Below are positions 52,589-64,000 of a stretch of DNA of 64,000 nucleotides, one piece after another. The notes under the pieces are model-generated. The model saw only the letters and a list, made by a program, of their open reading frames with translations, did no database searches and had not been told where the DNA came from. The position numbers and the translations under genes are program-made. The stretch covers positions 118,792,001 to 118,856,000 of the forward strand of contig OZ024742.1 in the NCBI GenBank assembly GCA_964016885.1, in the 5' to 3' direction. The DNA is from Eledone cirrhosa. Its lineage: Eukaryota. How positions within the stretch are numbered: position 1 is the stretch's first letter; every line of letters begins with the position of its first letter.

Positions 52589-54098
52589 CACAAAAGGAAA
52601 AAAGCAAAGAAAATAACGTTAAAGAAGAAAAAATGCAAAAAAATAAAATAAAATAAAATAGTTGAAATAATTTAAGGAAGAAATTACAAAAATAAAACTA
52701 AAAATAATAAGGATAGAGGGGGAGTGTTCCAGCAGCCAATTGCATGTGGGGGTGGCTGACGTACAGTGGATGTTTGTGTGTAGGTGGAATGCACATTACA
52801 GTGCCTTTGTGTGTGTATGGGTGTTAAGTGTGTTGTTGGTGGAGATGTGTGTTCATATATATGTGGACTCCCACCACTTGCCCTCCTCCTAAATATGCTA
52901 CTTAATATTAGGTGCTCCCCTCAGAGGCATAACAGGACAATAGTCAGATTTGAAATCATAACTATGTGATTGCTAGTCTAACACTTTAACTTTGAAGCCA
53001 GTATCTGATGGCATATAGAAAGAAATTAATAAATTAATTCAATTAAATACTAATTTCAGCAACGGTAGTTTGAAGAAATTTGTCAGTTGATGAATCTCTT
53101 TATGTAAATCAGAGGAGACTAAAGGTAATATTTAGTCATAAATATTTAATTAATTTACACAATTAATACTCTTAGGAATGGGAAAAGCTTTCAGGACTTT
53201 CATTGTCAGGACTTTCATTTTCATCCAAAAGAGATACCAACAATTATATATAGTCACAGAGAAAATAAGTCATCAATTATTGAACTTCCTTTATTTAGCC
53301 TGTGTTGGAAAAAACAACTAGTTTAATGGCCGAATACTATTCCTGAGCAATGGCCTGCCTGGAAGTATGAAAGCTGAATAAATGACGATTAATATGATAT
53401 TAAGCAAATGATTTATTGTCTAAACACATCCATCCTATAATAGGATATATATGAACCTGATATCAAAACCTTTATTACTGTCTAGCTATTGATAAATTGC
53501 AGTATTTCTGTCTTTCATAAAGAAATTCAATTCTAAATCAATGTTGTTTTGAAACTTCAAATGGTTTATTTTTTAAAAACTGACATATACCGTAATCTGT
53601 AGATTAGCAGGACTATTATTAGTTCAGATCCTGTCACTAATCTGATAAGTCAATACTAATCACATATACTTAATAACAACATCAGTAACAGTAATTACCA
53701 TAGTAACAGTAGTTCTTTTGTTTTTGTTTTTTTCCATAAGACTGACAAGTAAGTTTATTTTGAAAACATTAAGGGCAATACTTGAAATAGATTATGCCAA
53801 CAATTACATTATAAGCAGAATAATATAGAAACTGCATAATATGATGGCTGCAACCTGACAATGTATCACCCCTATAGCAGTAACTGGAGCAGGTTGGTTG
53901 TTGTTTGTCTGAGAAGGCTGGGGTATGATTTTGTAGGACGTGTTTGAATTTAATTTATGTCTGGTGCAGTCTGATTTGATGGGTGGGGTTGGTTGTAAGA
54001 TTATGAGTTGTGTTTGCTTGGGGGTGTGATTGGCATGGGTTTGGTGTAGATTTGTTTACATTCTAGTTAAGGCATGCATACATACAACAGTTCAATCA

Positions 54099-54165
54099 AG
54101 TAGCAGATTAAGTCCTGATGAAGGGAAATGACCCAGAAATATGTTGGCTTATACTTGCTGCTACT
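54099..54165 (+). ncRNA. solo minimal type I hammerhead ribozyme
   Basis: AAGTC-CTGATGA-aGGG(aaatga)CCCa-GAA-ATATGT-T-GGCTT with distal agtagcag/ctgctact helix. Confidence 0.75.
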
Positions 54166-54248
54166 GTTGAACAAATGGCTGACAATAGTCATCAGAGACA
54201 GAACATAGCGTAGTGAGGCTGTTTGCTTGCAAACAAATCAAATATTAT

Positions 54249-54433
54249 GGATTGGCAGTATTGGTGGAGGGTCGGACGCCATGCTTTGCAACATAGAGTT
54301 ACGGCCCTTTACGGTTTGAGATCAAATCCCGACGAGGATAACTTTGCCTTTCATCCTTACGGAGTCAATAAAATAAAGTACCAATAATGCACTGGGGTAA
54401 TTGCTGGCCTTGTGCTAAAAGCAGAAACAATTA
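54249..54433 (+). mobile_element. SINE family B
   Basis: match to 7204-7392. Confidence 0.85.
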
Positions 54434-54500
54434 TTATTATTATTCGATATAACACACATTTACAAATATATTTTGATTATTCCCTTTTGTTTTTAAAAAT

Positions 54501-54688
54501 AATTGTCTCTAATTTTGGCACAAGGCCAGCAATTACTCAGTACATTACTGGTATTTTATTTTATCGACCCCGTAAGGATAAAAGGCAAAGTTAACCTCGA
54601 CGGGATTTGAACTCAGACCGTAAAGAAACGTAACTATGCTAGAAAGCATAGCGTCCAACCCTCTACCGATACTGCCAATTCACCACCC
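54501..54688 (-). mobile_element. SINE family B with about 22-bp TSD
   Basis: cccttttgtttttaaaaataat on both sides. Confidence 0.85.
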
Positions 54689-55335
54689 TTTTGTTTTTAA
54701 AAATAATAACGTTCTTCTTCTTAGCATAATTACTTAATATTTATTATACCATCCAGACCACTTAACATTTTTAAATATGATTATTTCTCAAAATACAATT
54801 TTCATTTTCCTCTCTAAGGGACATTTTCACTCATTTATTAGTTTTGCTGAGCTTGACGAAAATTAATTTATTAGTTGAAATTATCGATTATATTTTTCAT
54901 TAATGGAATGTATGTTGAATAAAAAATGTTTTGATTTTTGAAAATTCTTTGGTTTTCCTTTCAGTATATATATGGCACTATTTTGTTGTGTTGTCTCATA
55001 TACATCTTTCTGATGGCTTCTCCTAAGCCATCATGCAACCTGGGTTCAGTCATATGCATTACCACTCTTATGCATGAAATTGCATTGCCCAGGGAATGGC
55101 TGATGAGGAAGTTTGATGCTTTTGTTCATTCAGTCCATGTATCTATTTTTTTTTTAATGTGCAACTTTTATATATATATATATATATAGAAATAGCCGTC
55201 GAAACGGCTTGAGCTCTGCCGTCGGGATTAAACATTTTCCTATTACCCACTCTACTACCCTAAGTATTGAATACTCTGGTGCGATATGGTCCATCTGGTT
55301 CCTTACCACACTTCCTTCATTATATATATATATAT

Positions 55336-56660
55336 ATGGCCTTGCTCAGTGTGCAGGAAAGGAGTAGGTAGAAATTCCATCCTATGTTCAAATGAAACTA
55401 TGGGTACACAAGAGATATAGTTGGATCTCATGCAGGCTAACGAAAAATGTAGGCTGTGTATGTGGTCGATGCACAGGAGCAGTAAGGAGCAAGAGCTCAT
55501 AGGAAACAAGCCCCTTTAAATGCCCAGAAGGCTCCATAGTAGATGATCACCTTTGTTATCCAAGTGACAAAATTACTGGTGGAGGTGGGTGTACTGAAAA
55601 TACAGTAGCCAGAGTGAGAATGGGATGGAAAAAGTTCAGGAAGCTATTACTGCTGCTAGCTACAAAAGGTGTTCCCTCAAAATGAAAGGCAGATAGTATG
55701 AAGCTTGTGTGCAAGCAACAATGATGCATGAAAGTGAGACCTGGGGAGTATATGCAGAGGACCTAAGAAGATTGGAAAGAAATGAAGCTAGCAGGCCCTG
55801 ATGGATGTGTAATAGTAGTGTGCATGAACAACAAAGCATCAGTGAACTCAAATAAAAACTAGGCATTAGAGGGGTCAGATGCAGTGTACAGGAAAGGAGT
55901 TTGTGATGGTTTGGACATGTGATGTGTCTGGAGGATGACAGGTGTATAAAAAGGTATAGGGCACTGAAAGTCTATTGTAATTAAGGAAGAAGGAAACATA
56001 GGAAAACTTGAAATGAAGTGATAAAAGCTGACCTTGCCCAATTAAACCTCACAGAGGAGATGACACAGGGCTGAGATCTGTGGCGTCATGCTGTACTGCA
56101 AAAGACCCACCTTCTCTTGTGCACAAAAGGATACAAAACAAACATGTAATCTTCTCGCCACCCTACACCTGCTTTAATATCCTGCTCACACGTGCTAAAT
56201 ATCCCATGTACCTAATCGATGTCGGACACACTTACCTACCATGATACACCTAACCTGCTCAGACCATGAAAGCTGGACATGCTCAACAACTGATCTCCCA
56301 CAATGCCCTTGCCATGACAAAGTCCACCCACCATGTTGATCTGGTACTACAATAACAAAAGCACCCAGTCACTGCAAGGTGATCATGATGATGACACAAG
56401 TAAAAGCACCCAGTCCATACTGTAAGGTGTTCGTGATGGTTACAAAACTAAAAGCGCCAGTTCACCCTGTTAGTGGTCGTTTCGGTGCCATGATAAGAAG
56501 ACCACAGCCACACTGTAATATGGTTGGTGTTAGGAAGGGCATCCAGCCGTAGATACCAAGCCAAAATACAAATCTGTGTGAGCAAGACATAGTCTCCAGA
56601 CATTACTTGTCGCATAATTCATGCAAGCGTGAAAAATAGATGTTAAACGATGATGATGAT
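55336..56660 (+). mobile_element. decayed RTE LINE 3' half
   Basis: WPCSVCRKGVGRNSI start, RVRMGWKKFRKL, many stops, UTR repeats, ttaaacgatgatgat tail. Confidence 0.85.
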
Positions 56661-57307
56661 ATATATAATCATCATCATCATCTAACCCATGCTAGCATAG
56701 GTTAGAGGGGTTGTCCCATTTGAGGCAGGTTGGGTCAGGTCACCGTACACTGCTTATACAAAACTGTTTCTGGCTAGATTTCTACAGCTAGATGCCCTTC
56801 CTAATGCCAACCACATTTACAGTGTGTACTGGGTGCTTTTTGCTGTGACTCCTACATATATAAAGTTGATGTACTTATTCAAGTGACAGTCATCAACCAA
56901 CCAAATCTTAGTTATATATGAAAAAACAACTATTTGAGCAACTTTATTTTAAAGGCAAATACAATAAGAACTTTGTAACACGAACTGGCGCAAAATTTAT
57001 TATACTTATTCACTGACAGTCATCAACCAACCAAATTATTTTTTTTTAAAAACCTACCAATTCGAGCCACTTTTTTCCACATAAAACAGAAGTAACATTC
57101 AAACACCAACCAGATGCGAGAAAAACCACAAACACTCCATCTCAATTCTACTTTTGAAAAGCATAAGAACTGTGAAACTGGTAAAGGAAACAAATAAATA
57201 TTCTTAAAAAGACTCCTGTTGCATTTTTGATTTCTTTTTCTTATACTTTCACTCGTGTAGGAGATCTCGTTTTTTTCCATTTAAAAAAAAATTCATTTTC
57301 TTATATG

Positions 57308-57361
<54 letters not shown>

Positions 57362-57710
57362 TCAAAGGCATCTATAAATGTGATCTGATAAATAAATTGA
57401 TAAAGTTGTTTTTTGAAGATGTTGAATTATTAACTTTAGAATTGTGTGTTTAAATTCCAGCATCGTTTTGTATTTTTGTAATGAAGTATTCTTGCTTCAC
57501 TTTATTTAACTGAATTTTTGGTATTCTTTGAGTAAGCTATTTATTGCCCATGTTTTTAACCCCACACTCCTATCCTTTCCATTAAGTGAAATCTAAACCT
57601 CAGAACATGAGGGATGGTTCAAAATACATAGAACATATTCAGTAACATCATCCTTATTTTGACAGCTATGCAATATTTTATCCTTTGCTTATTGATGTAT
57701 TGTTTATCTA

Positions 57711-57810
57711 CAGGGTGTGCCAAAAAATGTATACACACCTCAACAGCATTCTAATAAATATTGCCTGTACAGGTAATCAAAGTGTGGATACATTTTGGGG
57801 GGACACCCTA
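57711..57810. mobile_element. Tc1/mariner-type MITE
   Basis: TA|CAGGGTGTGCCAAAAAATGTATACAC..GTGGATACATTTTGGGGGGACACCCTA|TA. Confidence 0.72.
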
Positions 57811-58157
57811 TATATATGTAGTATTGAGTATCTTTTTTTCTTTATTGATATAATTAGTGGAAATTATTCTGCTTCTGTCATAGCTGTGCTGGCATAGTTT
57901 AAATTATCACTGACAAAATGGTTGTTCTTTGCAGGGGGAGTTTCATTATAAATGTTATTGCCTTGTGTGAACAACTGCTTTCTCTGTTATCTATTCTTTG
58001 CGGTTCCTTCAATTGATGTTTTTAGACAGAAAATCTTATTAACTCTTTTGATACCAAACTACCTGAAGCTAGCATTGGTTCAATCATACAAAATTGTTTT
58101 AAAAATATTTATCTAAAAAAAAAGTCCATTTTAATTTGATGTAAAAACCTTTGTTAA

Positions 58158-58385
58158 CCCTTTAGCATTTACAGCGTGGTAAATAGACGTTAAACGATGA
58201 TGATTACTCTATACATACTATTGTATTTTCGCGGTAAAGGCTTTATCTAACATAATTATCTCACATAATACTGAATCTATGAGATTTTGATATTAGCATC
58301 AGTATGAGTGGCCAGTTACAGTTAGTTTGAACAGAATGAGGTGAGAGAATTCTGGCCTGATATGGCCAGTTTAAATGCTAAAGGT
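58158..58385. mobile_element. piggyBac-type MITE with a short RTE-tail insertion
   Basis: TTAA|CCCTTTAGCATTTA..TAAATGCTAAAGGT|TTAA. Confidence 0.8.
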
Positions 58386-58446
58386 TTAAGTCATGTTCTT
58401 AACATCAGATAAATAGTGAGAAAGTTAGTTAAATTACTAAAGTGAA

Positions 58447-58784
58447 GGTACATGGTTTAATGGTTAGAGCAAAGGGCTTACAGTCAGGAGGTTGTGAGTT
58501 TGATTCTTTGACTGGGTAATGCATTGTGCCCTTGAGCAAGACACTTTATTTCATGCTACTCCAGTTCACTCAGCTGTAGAAATGAGTTGTGATATCAATG
58601 GTACCAAGCAGTATGGCCATTGCCTTTCTCTTGGACAACATCGGTGGTGTGGAGAGGTGAGATTGGTATGCATAGACAACTGCTGGTCTTCCACAAACAA
58701 CCTTGCCCAGACTTGTGCTTCGGAGCAGAACTTTCTATGTGCAAATCACATAGTCATTCATAACCAATGGGGTCATTACCCCTT
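58447..58784 (+). mobile_element. SINE family A variant
   Basis: same head and core as family A, different 3' body. Confidence 0.8.
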
Positions 58785-59345
58785 TATCACATCATAAATA
58801 ATTTTTAGCTTTTTAATTTCTTCACACATCATGTTTATCATTACAATGAGTTCATTCCGTCATCAAGTCTATACAAATTATTTACCAACCCTATTCCTAA
58901 TTTAAAATTCTAGAAGACAATTCAATAAAAGTGGTGTTAATCTTAAATTTGTCTACTGTTGTTAGTTTCCTGTTCACATTAATAAAATATTTCTTAAAAA
59001 TCAATAAAATACAAACACACAGAGATAAAGGTGGTATTTAGATAACATTCATGTTCACAACTTTCTACAAAGATTTACTATTGTCATGACATAGTAATAT
59101 CTAACATCAACTGTGTTGAGCTGTTTTGCTATCTTTATATTCCAGAAGGCCTACCTATAAACATTTTAGAAATAGCAAGGAAGATCCTACTCCAATTTTT
59201 AAAAAGGACGAGAGTGAAAAGCAAAACAAGCTGTTTAGAAGAGTTGGAATGTGTTGAGCAGCAGAAAGCCAAAGGACAGTTTGTTACACATTGTGAATTA
59301 GTTGTTTTGTTGTTATATGAGCAAAAGGAACAATAGTGACAGTGA

Positions 59346-59424
59346 GAAATGAAAAGCCAACTGACACCTCAGGTATTCTAGTGAAATGAAAAGCCAACTG
59401 ACACCTCAGGTATTCTAGTGAAAT
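59346..59424 (+). repeat. 37-bp tandem duplication
   Basis: gaaatgaaaagccaactgacacctcaggtattctagt x2. Confidence 0.9.
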
Positions 59425-59432
59425 ATATTTAA

Positions 59433-59640
59433 CCCTTTAGCATTTACATTGCTCTATATTTACTATTGTATTTTCATAGTAAACACTTTTGCTTACATAA
59501 TTATCTCTCATATTATTGAATCTATGAGATTTTGATATTATTTATTTTGAGAATACCTTAACATAAGTATGAGTGGCCAGTTGCGGCCGGCTTGAACAGA
59601 AAGGGATAAGAGTTTTCTGGCCGGTTTAAATGCTAAAGGG
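59433..59640. mobile_element. piggyBac-type MITE
   Basis: TTAA|CCCTTTAGCATTTA...TAAATGCTAAAGGG|TTAA. Confidence 0.88.
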
Positions 59641-59802
59641 TTAATATTTCAAGCAAGAAGCAAGAATACTCAAATAGAAATGGTAATAGAGTAAAAAAAA
59701 ACGTCTCTAGCTGCAGATGTGGATGTCATGGATGTTTATGCAGGTGTGGTGAGCTGTGTACATTCTATCCATTAGAAAAAGTCTTTGAAAGAGGGATGCT
59801 AG

Positions 59803-61304
59803 TCTACTTATATATATAACCAGCAATTTCTCTGTCTGTCTGTCCGACAGTGGAAACACGTGCGTAGAGAGAGAGTGAGAGTGAAAGAAAGAGACAGACT
59901 ACGAGAGGGGGATAGCGGGAGGGAGAGAGGGAGAGAGAGAGAGTGAATAGACGCTAAAACACGTGCTACAGAAACATTACCTTCCCCTCTCCACTGACTT
60001 TGGTCACTGAGGCCGAGGGAATCACGCTGAGTGCCTCATAATGACGTAATGCAGACAGCCAGACATACAGACAGATATTATAAGGGCGCAACGTTATATC
60101 TATGTATCTATCTAAAAAGAAAGACTAAGAATTATATAGAGAGAACGCTAAATCGCCTAATGCGGTCCCTAGGGCATTGCAAATTTGAAATTTCTTTTGC
60201 TCAGAACACTCCCTAAAACATAAGTATTACATGTGTAAAGTTTGAAAACAATCGTTTGGGGGGTTCTTGAGTTTTAGGGATTCGAACTCACACACACACA
60301 GACAGACATTCTCTGTTTTAGATATATAGACTAGCAGAAAACCACCCGGGGGGGGGGGCGGTTTTCTGCTAGTCTATATATCTAAAACAGAGAATGTCTG
60401 TCTGTGTGTGTGTGAGTTCGAATCCCTAAAACTCAAGAACCCCCCAAACGATTGTTTTCAAACTTTACACATGTAATACTTATGTTTTAGGGAGTGTTCT
60501 GAGCAAAAGAAATTTCAAATTTGCAATGCCCTAGGGACCGCATTAGGCGATTTAGCGTTCTCTCTATATAATTCTTAGTCTTTCTTTTTAGATAGATACA
60601 TAGATATAACGTTGCGCCCTTATAATATCTGTCTGTATCGCTGGCTGTCTGCTCTGCATTACGTCACTTCCCTGAGGATGTCTGTGTGAGTGTGTGTGTC
60701 TGTGTGTGTGAGTTTGAATCCCTAAAACTCGAGAAGTACCCAACCGATTTTTTTCAAACTTTACATGTGTATTACTTATGTTTCAGGGAGTGTTATGCAC
60801 ATACAATTAAACATTTTGTCTCCTAGGGCCTGCATTAGGTGGAAAACTGCGTTTTTTAAGCTTTTTAGGGTTTCTTTGAGGCGTTACGTCAGACCGATTT
60901 CCTTGAAATTGTAACTATGTATTAGTCAGTCTCTTCTTCCTACCGTAAGCAAAGAAAATCCAACTTTTTATGGCCTAGAGCCCGCATTAAGTGAAAAACT
61001 TCATTTTTTTCAACTTTTTAGAGCTTTTTTGAGGCGTTACGTCTAGCCGATTTTCCCGAATTTTCAAGGCATATTATGCACATTAAAAAATTCATTTTCT
61101 TGATGCCCTAGGGCCCGCATTAGGTGAAAACGGGCATTTTTCCTGCTTCATCGAGGAAAATGTTAAAGATTATCCAGCCATCAGAGTATTCGGTTTATTT
61201 TCCTTTACATATTGTCCAGGCATGCAGTTTTTCCACGATTAGGTCTGTTGATGGCCCACGTTCCAAAATACCTTATCCCGTGCAACGCCGGGTACCACTG
61301 CTAG
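59803..61304 (+). mobile_element. composite non-autonomous Helitron-like element with internal fold-back
   Basis: 5' TC(TA)n..(CTGT)n starts at 59803 and 60373; 3' hairpin CCCG..CGGG at 61277-61292 then CTAG|T; internal sub-repeats of about 150 bp. Confidence 0.75.
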
Positions 61305-61348
61305 TATAACATATATATAAGATTAAATAAAAATACATACATCTAAAA

Positions 61349-61661
61349 AGGGTAAAGACCCCCTTCAGCCATGAATGACTATGGGATTCACACCTAAAAA
61401 GTTCCTCCTGCTAGGCACAAGTCTGGGCAAGGTTGTTTGTGGAAGACCAGCAGTTGCTCATGCATACCGGCCTCCCCTCTCCATGCCATCGCTGTCATCC
61501 AAGGGAAAAGCAAATGCTGATACAGCTTGGCACCAGTGACGTCGCAACTCATTTCTACAGCTGAGTAAACTGGAGCAACATAAAATAAAGTATCTTGCTC
61601 AAGAACACAATGCAATGCCCGGTCTGAGAATCGAACTCACAACCTTGCGATTGTAAGCCCA
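61349..61661 (-). mobile_element. SINE family A variant
   Basis: reverse of 58447-58784. Confidence 0.82.
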
Positions 61662-62282
61662 TACATACATACATGTAATCAATTAATTATAGCTAGGACC
61701 CTTATAAATATAATACACAAAAATATATAATCAAAGCAAATAAAAAAAAACATTAGTTCAACATTAAGTGCATAAATCGGTCACACATCACAAGAATCAT
61801 CGGAAATGTTTGAAGCAAGCCAACATGCTTGGAGCATTACTGTGGGTGATGGCGAGGTTAAGACAGATTGTAATTTTTGTATTTGTTCAATCAGGACAAT
61901 GTAATCTGAAAAGTTTAAAATCAACCAATGACTTTTTTCCAAATCTATAGGAGATTAAAAACCAAACAGTTTATGGGATTCAACTATGAGAAATCAAACC
62001 AAATTGAAGTAAAACAAAACAATAACATTCTTGATAGAAGGAAGCTTTCTCTTAGACCACAACATTTCTAAAAAGATAACCTTCAATTATTTCACTTTCA
62101 ATATTGATTTCTAAAAGGATAGTGGATTGGTAAAACTGCTAGGGCATCAGACGAAATGCTTTGTAGGATTTAATTACAGCCCTTTACATTCTGAGTTCAA
62201 ATCCCACTAAGGTCAACTTTGTTTTTCATCCTTCCAAGGGTTGATAAAATAAAGTACTACACAAGTACAGGGGTTGATTTAA

Positions 62283-62485
62283 TCCTTTAGCATTTAAACT
62301 GGCCGATTCTAGTCAGAATTCTCTCACCTCTTTCTGTTCAAACCGGCTGTAACTGGCCTCTCATACTTATTTTAAGGTATTGTTCCCAAAATAAATATTA
62401 TCTAAATCTCATAAATTTGATATTATGTGAAATAAAGCCTTTAACATGAAAATACAATAGTATATATAATGTAAATGCTAAAGGG
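62283..62485. mobile_element. piggyBac-type MITE (opposite orientation), directly after a family B SINE at 62122-62278
   Basis: TTAA|TCCTTTAGCATTTA..TAAATGCTAAAGGG|TTAA. Confidence 0.82.
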
Positions 62486-63346
62486 TTAATACATATTTCA
62501 ATATCAATCTAAATGATATTATTCCTCATCATCAGTGTTGCCATAATAATCACCATCCCTGCTGTTGCCAATGTTGGCAGAATTGTTAAAGCATCAAATA
62601 GAATGCGTTATGATATCTGTTCCAGCTTATTGCATTCTGAATTCAAATCCTACAAAGGTCAACTTTGTCTTTCACCCTTCCAGGGTCATTGCTTTCTTCT
62701 TCATCCACTTATTCCTGGGAGGTTGTGAGGGCAGAATCCTCAGACACACTTTCAAGAGGATCCTATCAGAAGCAACCATCTTCAACTGATCCGGCTGGAT
62801 CCCCAAAAGAAACTAGCCAAGCTCATGGATATTGTATGTGCAGTCGTGGCTATGTGGTTTAGAAGTTTGCTACTAAAGCAAGTGATCCTGAGTTCAGTCC
62901 CACTGCATGGTACACAGGCAAGTGTCTTCTGCTATAGCCTCAGATCAATGACAGCCTTGTAAGGGAAATATGGTTGATGGGAACTCTGTAAGAACCTGTC
63001 AACTATGTCTTCACTTCCTTCTAATGTTGGTAAAATAAATTATCAGTCATGCACTGATGTTGATTTAGTCAAACTCCCAACCAAAATTGCTGTCCTTATG
63101 CCTAAATTAGAAAACCTTATTATTATTATTATTTAACATCTACAAGGCAGAATCATTAGAGTGGCAGAATCATTAGAGTATCAAACAAAATATGTGCTAT
63201 TTTTTGCAGATATATTGAGTTTAAATACTGCCGTGATTAACTTTGCCTTTCATCTGTCCAGGATTGATAAAATAATGTACCAGTCAAATACTGGGGTCAT
63301 TTTAGTTAACTTTTCTTCCAATTACTAGCCTTCTGCCAGAGACTGC

Positions 63347-63383
<37 letters not shown>

Positions 63384-63395
63384 TAATAATAATAA

Positions 63396-63779
63396 GGGTG
63401 GTTGATTGGTAGTATCGAATAACATGTTGTGCGGCATATAGTTATGGCCCTTTACGTTCTGAGTTCAAATCTTAGCTTTGCCTTTCATCCTTATGGGGTT
63501 GATAAAATAAAGTATCAGTAATGCACTGGGGTTGATTAAATCGACTTTCTCCTCCCTCAAATTGTTGGCCTTGTGCCTATGCCAGAAACCATTGTGGATT
63601 GGCAGTATCGGTAGAGGGTCGGACGCCATGCTTTGCAGCACAGTTACGTCCCTTTACGGACTGAGTTCAAAACCCGCCGAGGTTAACTTTGCCTTTCATC
63701 CTTAAGGGGTCGATAAAATAAAGTACCAGTAATACACTGGGATAATTGCTGGCCTTGTGCCAAAAGTAGAAACAATTAT
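63396..63779 (+). mobile_element. two tandem family B SINEs
   Basis: copies at about 63396-63591 and 63595-63779. Confidence 0.85.
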
Positions 63780-64000
63780 TATTTAATGTCTAGTGTATCA
63801 GTACATTTTAGAAAAATGATATCCTAAGCAAATATATGTTTACATCCAGAAAGAGATTATAAAATCTAATCGATAATCTGAACAAACAGTATTCTGTTGT
63901 AAATAGTAAGATGTATATTGAGACTTTTCTTGAATATCTTGAGTTTTTACTTGACTATTCTCCCCAACTCTCTCTTTCAGACACTAACAAAGAAAGGAAT

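Overview
AT-rich, microsatellite-laden animal genomic DNA. The SINE/LINE repertoire suggests an octopus-like cephalopod (inference). There is one host gene: a 4-exon UNC93-family MFS transporter (2418-17381, +, about 890 aa) with a long acidic N-terminal extension. The rest is transposon-derived: RTE, CR1-type and L1/Tx1 LINE fragments, two tRNA-derived SINE families, piggyBac- and Tc1/mariner-type MITEs, and a folded-back non-autonomous Helitron. The most notable part is a cluster of Penelope-like elements (PLEs; RT and/or C-terminal GIY-YIG) sitting in (TA)n tracts at 34-52 kb. Each carries an inverted duplication of its own 3' part, the largest forming a ~9-kb palindrome. Reading by eye finds about ten type I hammerhead ribozyme (HHR) motifs, intact or decayed. 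They include a U3-A8 core variant, one with a >100-nt stem II, and non-coding retrozyme-like modules. The CR1-type LINE has a G_GGA_AAC slippery heptamer exactly at the ORF1/ORF2 junction. All calls are by inspection only; no searches or folding programs were run.
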